NCBI GenBank assembly: GCA_003389385.1
Contig: QQVM01000022.1
Location: forward strand, 68,490-132,489
DNA: 64,000 bases
Source: Bacteroidota bacterium
GTDB lineage: Bacteria; Bacteroidota; Bacteroidia; AKYH767-A; 2013-40CM-41-45
Direction: 5' to 3'
Shown: in pieces, positions 29,961 through 39,146 of the stretch
Numbering within the stretch: position 1 is the stretch's first letter
Layout: every line of letters starts with the position of its first letter
Translations under genes and position numbers: made by a program
The notes under the pieces: model-generated
The model's database searches: none
Told to the model about the DNA's origin: nothing
What the model saw: the letters and a program-made list of their open reading frames with translations, nothing else

Positions 29961-30542
29961 TTGAATACTCATATACGATATCTTCAGCTATTCGGACTGC
30001 TGATACTTTCATTGTGCATGTTTTCATGTGTGTATAAAAGTAAGGTCAGCATTTCAAACGACTGCGAAAGCATGGTTGGCTGGACTGATACAGTACCACT
30101 GGTGAAAGGAGATGCGCATTCTGGAGATTATTTTACGCGAACGGATTCCGCTTCGAAGTACAGTCTTACTTTTCGAAGAAAGTTAAAGCACATCACAGAT
30201 TATGAAGTAAGAAGAATCGATTTGGGTGTATGGGTGCGTGCGGAGGAAGGCGCCAATGCCAAGCTGGTTGTTGCACTTGATCACAAAAAGCGTGCAGTGT
30301 TCTGGGCAGGAGTGGAGCTCAGGAAAGAGGACCTGGTGCCAGGCCGCTGGACAAGATTATACTACAGCTACTATCTGCCGGAAAAAATGCATCCTGAAAC
30401 AGAAGTAAAGGTTTACATTTGGAATACTTCAGGAAAGAAAGTGGATGCAGATGATTTCGATATTCACTTTTATTTGGGAGCTGAAAAATGGAAGAATGAC
30501 AGTTTCAGTCTAACTTCATCTCAGGAATTTCGCCATCAATAA
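29961..30542 (+). CDS. Small lipoprotein consisting of a single CBM4/9/22-like domain.
   Basis: Lipobox LLILSLCMFSC, then ...GW...AHSG.Y...WVR...KVYIWNTSGKKVDADDFDI. Confidence 0.55.
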   Translation: MNTHIRYLQLFGLLILSLCMFSCVYKSKVSISNDCESMVGWTDTVPLVKGDAHSGDYFTRTDSASKYSLTFRRKLKHITDYEVRRIDLGVWVRAEEGANAKLVVALDHKKRAVFWAGVELRKEDLVPGRWTRLYYSYYLPEKMHPETEVKVYIWNTSGKKVDADDFDIHFYLGAEKWKNDSFSLTSSQEFRHQ

Positions 30543-31899
30543 TCAGTTTTCCTGCAGTGGCTTTTGAGATTTCATCCACGCTCACTCCGGGTGCTCTTTC
30601 CAGAAGTTTAAATCCACCTTCAGGCAAAACATCCAGCACAGCAAGTTCTGTGACTATCTTTTTCACACATCGAATGCCAGTAAGCGGTAAGGTACATTTA
30701 GGCAACAGCTTGGATTCACCGGCTTTGTTCACATGCTGCATGGCTACGATGATGTTCTTCGCTGATGCGACGAGATCCATCGCCCCTCCCATGCCTTTCA
30801 CCATTTTACCCGGAATTTTCCAGTTGGCGATATCTCCGTTTTCACTCACTTCCATCGCACCGAGAATGGTCAGGTTTACTTTCCCCGAACGAATCATCCC
30901 GAAACTCATCGCAGAATCAAAAAACACTGAGCCTGGAACTGTGGTGATGGTTTGCTTGCCTGCATTGATAAGATCAGGATCTTCCTCTCCTTCATATGGA
31001 AAGGGTCCCATCCCCAACAATCCGTTTTCAGACTGCAGCACTACATTGATTCCTGAAGGTATGTAGTTGGCGACTAGTGTTGGTATGCCGATTCCCAGGT
31101 TGACATAGTATCCGTCTCTCAGTTCTTTCGCGATGCGTTTTGCAATTCCGTTTTTATCAAGCATGGCAATGTTGGAGTAAAATGATTTTATAATGAATGA
31201 TAAGGATTTTTTACGAACGGTTCTTTGTTCTATCCTCTTTTCGTATGAGGTACCCTGAAAAATCCTGTGTACATAAATTCCCGGTGTGTGAATCTGGTCA
31301 GGATCAAGTTCACCTGCAGGCACAAGTTCTTCCACTTCTGCAATGGTGATTTTTCCTGCCATGGCCATCAGAGGATTGAAATTTCTTGAAGTCGCCTTAT
31401 AAATGAGGTTACCGTGTGTATCGCCTTTCCAGGCTTTCACAATGGCGAAGTCGGCTTTGAACGCATATTCCATAAGATAATCCTTCCCGTCAAAGTTTCT
31501 CACTTCCTTGCCTTCGGCAATTTCAGTGCCGACTCCTGCCGGAGTGTAAACGACAGGCATTCCGTAACCTGCGGCAAGGCAGCGTGTGGCGAGTGTTCCC
31601 TGAGGAATCAGATCCACTTCCAGCTCGCCGCTGAGCATTTGCCTTTCGAATTCAGCATTCTCTCCCACATAGGAGGAAATCATTTTTTTAATTTGCTTTT
31701 TCTGAAGGAGCAAGCCTAGCCCGAAATCATCCACGCCCGCATTGTTTGAAATGCAGGTAAGTCCTTTCACGTTTTTCTGCACAAGTGCGCTGATGCAGTT
31801 CTCAGGGATACCGCAAAGTCCGAATCCGCCCAGCATCAGCGTCATTCCGTCCTGCACATCGCGAACTGCTTCTTCTGCATTCTTTACTATTTTGTTCAT
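30505..31899 (-). CDS. 3-oxoacid CoA-transferase with fused A and B subunits.
   Basis: The N-terminal half matches ScoA/AtoD (MNKIVKNAEEAV...GGFGLCGIPE) and the C-terminal half matches ScoB/AtoA (...LGIGIPT...SENG catalytic Glu region). The ORF opens at 31956, but the likely start is MNKIV at 31899. Confidence 0.8.
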   Translation of the reverse strand: MNKIVKNAEEAVRDVQDGMTLMLGGFGLCGIPENCISALVQKNVKGLTCISNNAGVDDFGLGLLLQKKQIKKMISSYVGENAEFERQMLSGELEVDLIPQGTLATRCLAAGYGMPVVYTPAGVGTEIAEGKEVRNFDGKDYLMEYAFKADFAIVKAWKGDTHGNLIYKATSRNFNPLMAMAGKITIAEVEELVPAGELDPDQIHTPGIYVHRIFQGTSYEKRIEQRTVRKKSLSFIIKSFYSNIAMLDKNGIAKRIAKELRDGYYVNLGIGIPTLVANYIPSGINVVLQSENGLLGMGPFPYEGEEDPDLINAGKQTITTVPGSVFFDSAMSFGMIRSGKVNLTILGAMEVSENGDIANWKIPGKMVKGMGGAMDLVASAKNIIVAMQHVNKAGESKLLPKCTLPLTGIRCVKKIVTELAVLDVLPEGGFKLLERAPGVSVDEISKATAGKLIIDGEIPEMKLD

Positions 31900-31909
31900 G
31901 ATATAGAAA

Positions 31910-34126
31910 TTAAAAATCCCGGTCAAAAGAAGTTTTATTGTCACCCGGCTGCACATATTTGCTGCAATCGGTTTCCACTCTCACCGGTTCTGATGGTTTG
32001 GGGAAATCCCCGGTATAGATATTGAGATTTTTATCGGCCAGCACTTTCTGCATGTACAATGCCCAGATAGGCATGGCAGTTCTGGCCCCCTGACCGAGTT
32101 CAAGCGTACGGAAGCGTACAATACGGTCTTCGCACCCAACCCAGCACCCGGAAACAAGCTCCGGTGTCATTCCGAGAAACCAGCCGTCACTTTGATTTTG
32201 TGTAGTGCCGGTCTTGCCTGCTATGGGATTCGTGAACTTGTATTGGCCGCGCAGCCTTGCACCGGTACCGTATTGCACTACACCCTGAAGCAGATTCGTC
32301 ATCAGGTATGCAGTCTCTTCATTGATCGCCTCGACTTTTCGTGGAACAAAATCCTGAAGCACGTTTCCATTCTTGTCTTCAATTCTTGTGATGTACTGCG
32401 GCTGTGTCCATACGCCTTTGTTCGCAAAAGTAGAATACGCTCCGACCATTTCATACACAGATACATCAGGTGTTCCAAGTGCAATGGCAGGAACAGGATC
32501 TATCGGTGCAGTAATGCCCATTTTTCGTGCAATCTCAATCATTGCCTGCGGACCGAATTGCTTCATCAGGAATGCTGATACTGTATTGACCGATTCTGCA
32601 AGACCTTCTTTCAGAGTAAGCATACCTCCGTATTTTGCGTCTGCATTTTCCGGTGACCATGTGTCACCTGTTGGAAGATCAAATGTCACACGAACATTCG
32701 GAACTTTGAAGCAGGGCGAATATCCTTCCTGCATCGCAAGCGTGTAAAGGAATGGTTTGAATGTCGAGCCGACTTGCCTTTTTCCATCTTTCACATGGTC
32801 ATACTGAAAAAAGCGATAGTCATTTCCTCCTACCCAGGCTTTGATTTGTCCTGTATGAGGCTCCATAGACATAAATCCAACCTGAAGAATTTTCTTGAAA
32901 AACTTCACGCTGTCGAGCGGCGACATCACCGTGTCAATGTCCCTATCCCAGCTGAAGAGTTTCATTTTTGTCTTTGCAGCAAAAGCACTGTCGATTTCCT
33001 TCTTGCTCGCGCCTGCTGCTTTCATCGCGATGTACCTGTTGGAACGCCTGATTCCTTCCTGCATCACTTCAGGGTGGTCAGACCATGGCTCTTTTCCTTT
33101 CCAGTGCTCATCGAATTTTTTCTGCAAGACAGTCATGTGCTCACGCATGGCCTCTTCCGCATACTTCTGCATTCTTGAATCTATCGTCGTATAGATTTTT
33201 AATCCGTCTGTATAAAGGTTGTAGGGTTTTCCCGTTGCGTTGTTGATATGCTCCTTGCACCATTTCAGCAAATCCACTCGAAGAACCTCTCTGAAATAGG
33301 TGGCAAGTCCATAGTTGTGATCTTCGTTCTGAAAGTTGAGTTCTATCGGAAGTGCTTTGAGCGAATCAAATTCTGTGCGTGTAAGAAAATCATACTTGCG
33401 CATTTGGTTGAGTACGACATTCCTTCTCTGCAAGGCATTGTTTGGATTTCTGGCCGGATTGAATTTTGTAGGCGCCTGCAGCATACCTACAAGTATCGCG
33501 GATTCCTGAATATTCAGGGAGTCGGGAGTTTTATTGAAGTATGTGCGTGCAGCAGATTTAATACCAAATGCATTGCTGCTGAACTCTACCGTGTTCAGAT
33601 ACATTGCAATGATTTCTTCCTTGGTATAACGTCGTTCAAGTTCCACAGAAATTATCCATTCCTGAATTTTTTGAATCACGCGTTCCAGTTTAGAGTCCGG
33701 CTTTTCGTGAAAGAGATTTTTTGCAAGCTGCTGTGTGATGGTGCTTCCACCACCGGCTTGTCCCGCCCTCAATACGGCTCGCAGCAGTCCTTTGGGATCA
33801 ATGCCGCTGTGATCTTCAAAGCGAATGTCTTCAGTGGCTTTCAACGCATGAACCACATTTTCACTCAGTTCGTAATAATGTATGTTGGTTCTGTTCTCGA
33901 TATAATATTTACCCAACACCGACTGATCACTGGAAATCACTTCTGATGCGAGGAAGCTTTTGGGATTTTCCAATTCTTCAAAGGATGGCAACTGCTGCCC
34001 AATCCAGCCCTTCGAGGCCATGAAAACCACAATGGCCATGATCACAAAGGGCGTGATCACCAGCAGCCAGAAAAATGAAATGTATTTCGCGAAACTTGTC
34101 TTTGATTTTGGCATAAAAAAGCCCAA
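31910..34126 (-). CDS. mrcA: Class A penicillin-binding protein 1A (GT51 transglycosylase plus transpeptidase).
   Basis: GT51 motifs (EDxRFxxHxG-like EDIRFEDHSGID; GGSTITQQLAKN), the transpeptidase SxxK (STFKPF), SxN and KTG (KTGTT) motifs, and an N-terminal TM segment. Confidence 0.9.
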   Translation of the reverse strand: MGFFMPKSKTSFAKYISFFWLLVITPFVIMAIVVFMASKGWIGQQLPSFEELENPKSFLASEVISSDQSVLGKYYIENRTNIHYYELSENVVHALKATEDIRFEDHSGIDPKGLLRAVLRAGQAGGGSTITQQLAKNLFHEKPDSKLERVIQKIQEWIISVELERRYTKEEIIAMYLNTVEFSSNAFGIKSAARTYFNKTPDSLNIQESAILVGMLQAPTKFNPARNPNNALQRRNVVLNQMRKYDFLTRTEFDSLKALPIELNFQNEDHNYGLATYFREVLRVDLLKWCKEHINNATGKPYNLYTDGLKIYTTIDSRMQKYAEEAMREHMTVLQKKFDEHWKGKEPWSDHPEVMQEGIRRSNRYIAMKAAGASKKEIDSAFAAKTKMKLFSWDRDIDTVMSPLDSVKFFKKILQVGFMSMEPHTGQIKAWVGGNDYRFFQYDHVKDGKRQVGSTFKPFLYTLAMQEGYSPCFKVPNVRVTFDLPTGDTWSPENADAKYGGMLTLKEGLAESVNTVSAFLMKQFGPQAMIEIARKMGITAPIDPVPAIALGTPDVSVYEMVGAYSTFANKGVWTQPQYITRIEDKNGNVLQDFVPRKVEAINEETAYLMTNLLQGVVQYGTGARLRGQYKFTNPIAGKTGTTQNQSDGWFLGMTPELVSGCWVGCEDRIVRFRTLELGQGARTAMPIWALYMQKVLADKNLNIYTGDFPKPSEPVRVETDCSKYVQPGDNKTSFDRDF

Positions 34127-34232
34127 AATTGTTTGAATTTTGTAAAAGTACTAATTTTTTAAGGGCACGAAACCTGTGCGTTTTCAAAGTGTTATAACGA
34201 CAGGAATGCCTCAAAATTTTGTAAATTGCAAT

Positions 34233-34832
34233 ATGCGCAGGAGTAAAACCATACTACTTATAATTCTGGTTCTCTTGGGATTCAAAGTCAGCAAAGCCCA
34301 GTACCTGAGCACTTTTACCGCAGTACAGATAGGCGCTGAAGTAGAGTTAAGCATTGTGGTTGCGGCCGGTAATACTTGCAACGGAATGAACATTCTCAGA
34401 TCGCCTGATGGCATTAATTATTCTGAAATCGGAAACATTGCAGGCATTTGTGGTAGCACCAGCGAAGATGTCAAATACAGCTGGACCGACACAGATCCAT
34501 TGCGGAATTCCGTAAACTATTATCGTATCGACCTGATAACACTCGGTTACTCGCTTCCTGTGACTGTATTTTATCTTCACTTCGATAAAAGCCCGGTGCT
34601 GATGTATCCCAATCCTGTAACATCAAATTCGAATGTATACCTCAATATCGGCAGGAATGATGTGTTTGATGTACTTATCTATTCAGTAGAAGGACGGCTT
34701 GTAAAAAGCATATCGGGAGTACGCGGCAATCATTTTATGATCAGCGCGGAAGATTTTATTCCCGGCATGTACAAGTTCAGAGTAATAAGTTCTCGCGGTT
34801 ATTCTGCTGAACACAATTTCATCGTAAATTAG
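34233..34832 (+). CDS. Small secreted protein with a T9SS type A C-terminal sorting domain.
   Basis: Signal peptide MRRSKTILLIILVLLGFKVSKAQ. CTD: LMYPNPVTSNSNVYLN...VLIYSVEGRLV...GMYKFRVISSRG. The ORF opens at 34176. Confidence 0.7.
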   Translation: MRRSKTILLIILVLLGFKVSKAQYLSTFTAVQIGAEVELSIVVAAGNTCNGMNILRSPDGINYSEIGNIAGICGSTSEDVKYSWTDTDPLRNSVNYYRIDLITLGYSLPVTVFYLHFDKSPVLMYPNPVTSNSNVYLNIGRNDVFDVLIYSVEGRLVKSISGVRGNHFMISAEDFIPGMYKFRVISSRGYSAEHNFIVN

Positions 34833-34866
34833 TTGCCTGAATTTTTATACTTAAACACAGAAACAT

Positions 34867-35370
34867 ATGTTATCGAAAAAGATCAACACCCTATTGAACA
34901 AACAAATTGAACTGGAAGCAAAATCCTCCAACGCATATCTGTCTATGGCCTCCTGGGCTGAAGTGCAGGGATGGAACGGAGTGAGTGTATTTCTTTACAA
35001 ACATTCCGATGAAGAAAGAATGCACATGCTGAAGCTTTTTCACTTTGTGAACGAGCGCGGCGGACAGGCAGTTGTTCCGGAAATCAAAGGCTTGAAGTCA
35101 TCCTACAGCTCCATAACGGAACTGTTTGAAGAAGTTCTCGAACATGAAGTGAACGTGACCAATGAAATTAATGCTTTGGTTGACGCTTGTCTTGCTGAAA
35201 AAGATTATACGACACATAACTTTCTTCAGTGGTATGTGGCAGAACAGATTGAAGAGGAGAGACTGATTCGTAATATCCTCGACAAACTAAAACTCATCGG
35301 CGAAGAGAAGAGCGGACTCTACATGTTCGACCGCGACATGTCACAAATGTCTAATCAGGCTCACGGCTGA
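34867..35370 (+). CDS. ftnA: Ferritin (non-haem bacterial ferritin).
   Basis: Ferritin-like diiron ligands (E..E..H pattern in LEAKSSNAYLSMASWAE...EERMHMLKL). Length is 167 aa. Confidence 0.8.
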   Translation: MLSKKINTLLNKQIELEAKSSNAYLSMASWAEVQGWNGVSVFLYKHSDEERMHMLKLFHFVNERGGQAVVPEIKGLKSSYSSITELFEEVLEHEVNVTNEINALVDACLAEKDYTTHNFLQWYVAEQIEEERLIRNILDKLKLIGEEKSGLYMFDRDMSQMSNQAHG

Positions 35371-35395
35371 TAAGCTTAATATTTCATTCAAAAGA

Positions 35396-35432
35396 AAAGG
35401 GGTTACCTGCATTCGCGGATAACCCCTTTTTA
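35396..35432. terminator. Bidirectional terminator hairpin, AAAGGGGTTA-(14 nt)-TAACCCCTTT.
   Basis: A 10-bp perfect inverted repeat between the convergent ferritin (+) and M16 (-) genes. T tracts are present on both sides. Confidence 0.55.
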
Positions 35433-35446
35433 ATGTCAGGAAGATT

Positions 35447-37045
35447 TTATTTCTGAATCTTCAAAACGCCTTTGCTATCGCTCATGCCTGACTTGCGGAA
35501 AGTGCTTTCAGAATCAATGATGTTTACCTGTTTCACAGGCATAGGGTAGGACTCCACGAGTTTATCTTCGTTTAGAATTTCAGCAGGCAATGTAGACTTG
35601 AGGTCATTGCTGTAACTCATCGGCGAAGGAGAATTATTTTTCAGACTTTGTGCGAGAGGCTCCGCCTCTGATTTGTCTGTAATGATCACCACATTCAGAT
35701 TTTTGGTTTGCCAATGTTTGCGAATTGCAGTGTTCACGTCGTTCAGTGTGAGCTTAGCAAGCAAAGCATCCAATTCCTTGATCCAATCTTTTCTGCCGTA
35801 GAACCTTGAGTCCATCAGGAATCCAAGTTGCTTGTCGAGCGACTGTATGTAAAGCTTCGAATAGCTGCGAAGGAATTCCCTTGTTTTTTCAAACTCATCC
35901 TGATTCATTCCGTTTTTAATCAGCTCATCCATTTCCTTCAACGTCATGCGCAGAGCAAAGTGCGCGTGTCCGATGTTGATGTGCTTGAGTTCCTCGTACT
36001 GATCTTTGAGGCCTTTTGCAGTCTGCACCGGCCTGATCCAGATGCTGAAATAGTTTGATGATCGCGGAGTGCCATAGGGAGGCAGCATGTTGGAGCCTCC
36101 ATTGTCGTACCATTCGATATAAGTGTAGTCACCGTAGTTCATGGAACGTGCTTCACGAATTTTCTGGTAGAGGCGGCTGTAAGATTTCCTGTGTTCACCG
36201 AGCCAGGAGTTCGCAACCATCAGCGCTGCGAACTCATCGTTGGAGCGAGTGATGGAAAGAGGAAAACCGGCAGAGATTGCCGAGCCGAGTGCATTCTCTT
36301 TGGCTACGATTTCCACATTAATTCCTTCAGGCATCTTTGCTTTACCGGGTGCAGGAACCGGAGGAGTGCCGGCAGGCAGTTTCTGGAAATCTGCTTTCAT
36401 TTTCTGAGCAAAACCCTCAGGATATTTTCCTGCGATGCCAATGCTCAGGTTGTTGCGTGTGAAGAAGGTGCTGTAATGCTTCTTCACATCTTCAAGCGTG
36501 ATACTTCTGACTCCTTCAGAAGTGCCGGAAACCATGTGCTGGTAATTTGTTCCGCGGAAGAGCATGTCTTCGAGAAACTTTTTTCCGTACTCTTCATCAG
36601 ATGACTGCCTGATCAGCTGATCCACATAGTTCTGATGATTCGATTTCACTCGGCTGAAATCTTCTTCTTTGAAAGAAGGATTCAGTATAAGGCCACTGAC
36701 TATCGGATAAAAATCCTGAAGAAAATCTGCAGGGACTTCGAAAGTGAATATGCTCACTTCTTTATCTGAAGAGCCGTGGTAATCTGCTGCCCATGGATAA
36801 ATCTTATCCTTGATGTCAGATGCACTCATGGTGCCGGTGCCGCCTTGCGCCACTACGCTTGCTGTAAGCGCCGTGAGTCCTTCCTTTCCCTGAGGGTCGC
36901 AGATGCTTCCGTTGCGGAACATCAGCTCGATAACTACCTTGTTCGATTTGGAGAGCGGAAGCTCCACTATTTCCTGCGCCAACGCTTTGTCGCAAAATGC
37001 GACCAGCGCAAGAATCATGATTGATTTTATATAAGATGATTTCAT
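35447..37045 (-). CDS. M16 (pitrilysin) family peptidase lacking the HxxEH motif. It is probably the non-catalytic partner, and is secreted.
   Basis: M16 fold features and a signal peptide (MKSSYIKSIMILALVAFCDKALAQ). No HxxEH zinc motif is present. Confidence 0.7.
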   Translation of the reverse strand: MKSSYIKSIMILALVAFCDKALAQEIVELPLSKSNKVVIELMFRNGSICDPQGKEGLTALTASVVAQGGTGTMSASDIKDKIYPWAADYHGSSDKEVSIFTFEVPADFLQDFYPIVSGLILNPSFKEEDFSRVKSNHQNYVDQLIRQSSDEEYGKKFLEDMLFRGTNYQHMVSGTSEGVRSITLEDVKKHYSTFFTRNNLSIGIAGKYPEGFAQKMKADFQKLPAGTPPVPAPGKAKMPEGINVEIVAKENALGSAISAGFPLSITRSNDEFAALMVANSWLGEHRKSYSRLYQKIREARSMNYGDYTYIEWYDNGGSNMLPPYGTPRSSNYFSIWIRPVQTAKGLKDQYEELKHINIGHAHFALRMTLKEMDELIKNGMNQDEFEKTREFLRSYSKLYIQSLDKQLGFLMDSRFYGRKDWIKELDALLAKLTLNDVNTAIRKHWQTKNLNVVIITDKSEAEPLAQSLKNNSPSPMSYSNDLKSTLPAEILNEDKLVESYPMPVKQVNIIDSESTFRKSGMSDSKGVLKIQK

Positions 37046-37075
37046 ATTCTTCTTTAATTAAAATTGATTTTAGAT

Positions 37076-38452
37076 TTACTTGATGCTTTCGCTGTCGTTA
37101 GGTGAAATGGTTGCGATGGTGAGTTTTTCAGGAACAAAATATTTCTTTGCCACCATCATAAGATCTTCCGCAGTAACCTTGTCGTACATGGCATATAATC
37201 TGTTGAGTGATTCCGGATCACCTGTCAGCCAGGTATAAGCGCTGAGTGATTCGGCAATGGCAGTCGGATTGTCGATGTGCATTGCGAAGCTGTATTTGAG
37301 GTGCATCTTGGTATCCTTCAGCACCTGAGGATCTACCGGAGTTGTTTTTGCTTTTTCAAGCGCTGCAACCATTTCATCTTTTACATACTGCAAGTCATCC
37401 GTTTTTTTAAGAGAACTTCTCAGCATAATCAGGAAAGGATCGCGAGAATCCTGGGCGCCTCCGCCCACAAAGCGGCATTTCTGTTCGTTGAGAACAAGTT
37501 TCTTGTAGAGGTCGGATTTCTCTGAGAACAAAATTGAATTGAGAACGTCCAGCGCAGGCATGTCGATTTCCTTGTCGCTGAACGCAGGTCCTTTGTAATT
37601 GAGCTGCAGGTAAGGAGGAAAGCCCTGTCTCTTCAGGTGTGTGTAGCGTGTGCCTTTCTGTTCCGGTTCCGCTTCCACTACCGTTTTATAAGTGCCCGGC
37701 TCCCACTTTGAGAAATACTTTTCAGAGAGCGCATTCACCTGTTCAGGAGTTACGTCTCCGACAACAATCACGGTAGAATATTCAGGACGATAAAAGCGCT
37801 TGAAGAATTCGATGGAGTAATCATACTGATTCGGCATGTCTACGATGTCTTCGAAGAAGCCCATGGTGGTATGCTTGTAAGTGTGCTTGTCGAAAGCAGT
37901 CTCAAGGACTTTTTCATACAGCACGGTGTATGGATTTGCAGAGTTCTTGGTGTACTCACCTTTTACTGCACCAGCTTCAGTTTTAAAATCCTGCACAGAA
38001 TATTTCAGGTTCATGAAGCGGTCACTTTCCAGGTCGAACATGATCTCCAGCTTGTCGGAGCTTCCCGTCATGTGATAAAGAGTGCGGTCAAGGCTGGTGT
38101 TTGCGTTTGCTGAAGCTCCGGTTGATTTTAAAATCTCGCTGTACTTGTCGTTCGGATATTTTTCCGTGCCTCGGAACATCATGTGTTCGAAGAAGTGCGC
38201 GAAACCCGATTTGCCTGGTTCGATTTCATCGCGAGATCCGGCGCGCACTACGATGTAGAATGCTGCCAGGCCCGGACTGTCAAATGGAACAGTCACTACA
38301 TTGAGGCCATTGGCCATTTTTTTCTGGTGAATGGGATAAGGCAGTATCTTTTCCGCAGATTCTGCATCGCTGTGGCCAAAGCAAATTGCGGAGGAAGCAA
38401 AGATGCAGGCCAGGAGAAACATTAGTTTTTTCATGGTTTTAGAAATATGCAC
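37076..38452 (-). CDS. M16 family zinc peptidase, the catalytic partner, secreted.
   Basis: Inverted zinc-binding motif HFFEHMMFRGT (HxxEH...E). Signal peptide MKKLMFLLACIFASSAICFG. Confidence 0.8.
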   Translation of the reverse strand: MHISKTMKKLMFLLACIFASSAICFGHSDAESAEKILPYPIHQKKMANGLNVVTVPFDSPGLAAFYIVVRAGSRDEIEPGKSGFAHFFEHMMFRGTEKYPNDKYSEILKSTGASANANTSLDRTLYHMTGSSDKLEIMFDLESDRFMNLKYSVQDFKTEAGAVKGEYTKNSANPYTVLYEKVLETAFDKHTYKHTTMGFFEDIVDMPNQYDYSIEFFKRFYRPEYSTVIVVGDVTPEQVNALSEKYFSKWEPGTYKTVVEAEPEQKGTRYTHLKRQGFPPYLQLNYKGPAFSDKEIDMPALDVLNSILFSEKSDLYKKLVLNEQKCRFVGGGAQDSRDPFLIMLRSSLKKTDDLQYVKDEMVAALEKAKTTPVDPQVLKDTKMHLKYSFAMHIDNPTAIAESLSAYTWLTGDPESLNRLYAMYDKVTAEDLMMVAKKYFVPEKLTIATISPNDSESIK

Positions 38453-38611
38453 GAAATTATTCTTTTGCCAGAAAAATCCCCATGAATAGCTTGATTTAAT
38501 TGTCTTATTAACAAACTTTAATAATTAAAAGAGTTAAATCTTCCCTTTAGGCAAGTAAATGATAATATAAAATTCAAAATGATTGAAAATGCTGCTCATG
38601 AATAATACAGT

Positions 38612-39145
38612 ATGCTTTTCGTTTTTTGGACTTCAATATTAATCATGATAAAAAGCGCGCTTTTAAGCATTGTCGTTCTGCTTTTACCTTTCTCCGCTTT
38701 GGCGACCGCAAAAGACTCATTGCGGGAGGAGTTGAAACACCTGCTCAAAGAAAGGCAGGAATTGTTCGATTCATATAGCCGTTCACTTGTCAGGAAGAGC
38801 GGCATCTTCAATCACCGTACAAAAAATGATTTACGCGAAAGCCATGACAGGTTAAAGGAAATCGTGGAAAGCGACAACAGGATCATGTCGAGGCTTAACC
38901 GATTGTTGGAATTCCGCAACCTGGAAAAGCAAACTATGGGCTATGACAAAAGAGACATGGAAGATAGAATTGCAAAGCTGAATTCAGGCATGCAGATTCT
39001 TCTAAATAAAAACAACGCTCTTGAACAAAAGAACAAGGAGCTGCTTTCAAAGCTTAAGAAACAGAAAAGAAATTTTTACATCCTTTTAGGTGTAATGATA
39101 TCTGCAATTATTCTGATGTTTTTCAGATTCAGAAAAAAAACCTAA
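38612..39145 (+). CDS. Hypothetical coiled-coil protein with an N-terminal signal/TM segment and a C-terminal TM anchor.
   Basis: MLFVFWTSILIMIKSALLSIVVLLLPFSALA at the N-terminus, heptad-like charged repeats, and FYILLGVMISAIILMFF at the C-terminus. Confidence 0.5.
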   Translation: MLFVFWTSILIMIKSALLSIVVLLLPFSALATAKDSLREELKHLLKERQELFDSYSRSLVRKSGIFNHRTKNDLRESHDRLKEIVESDNRIMSRLNRLLEFRNLEKQTMGYDKRDMEDRIAKLNSGMQILLNKNNALEQKNKELLSKLKKQKRNFYILLGVMISAIILMFFRFRKKT

Positions 39146-39146
39146 C

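Noticed and set aside
31900-31956. N-terminal extension MCSRVTIKLLLTGIFNFYI of the CoA-transferase ORF
   Set aside because: It would overlap the PBP1A stop. The ScoA family begins at MNKIVKN.
33248-33946. 232-aa plus-strand ORF antisense to the PBP1A gene
   Set aside because: It is embedded in a high-confidence PBP1A coding region. Its composition is Cys/Phe-rich and typical of antisense reading frames.
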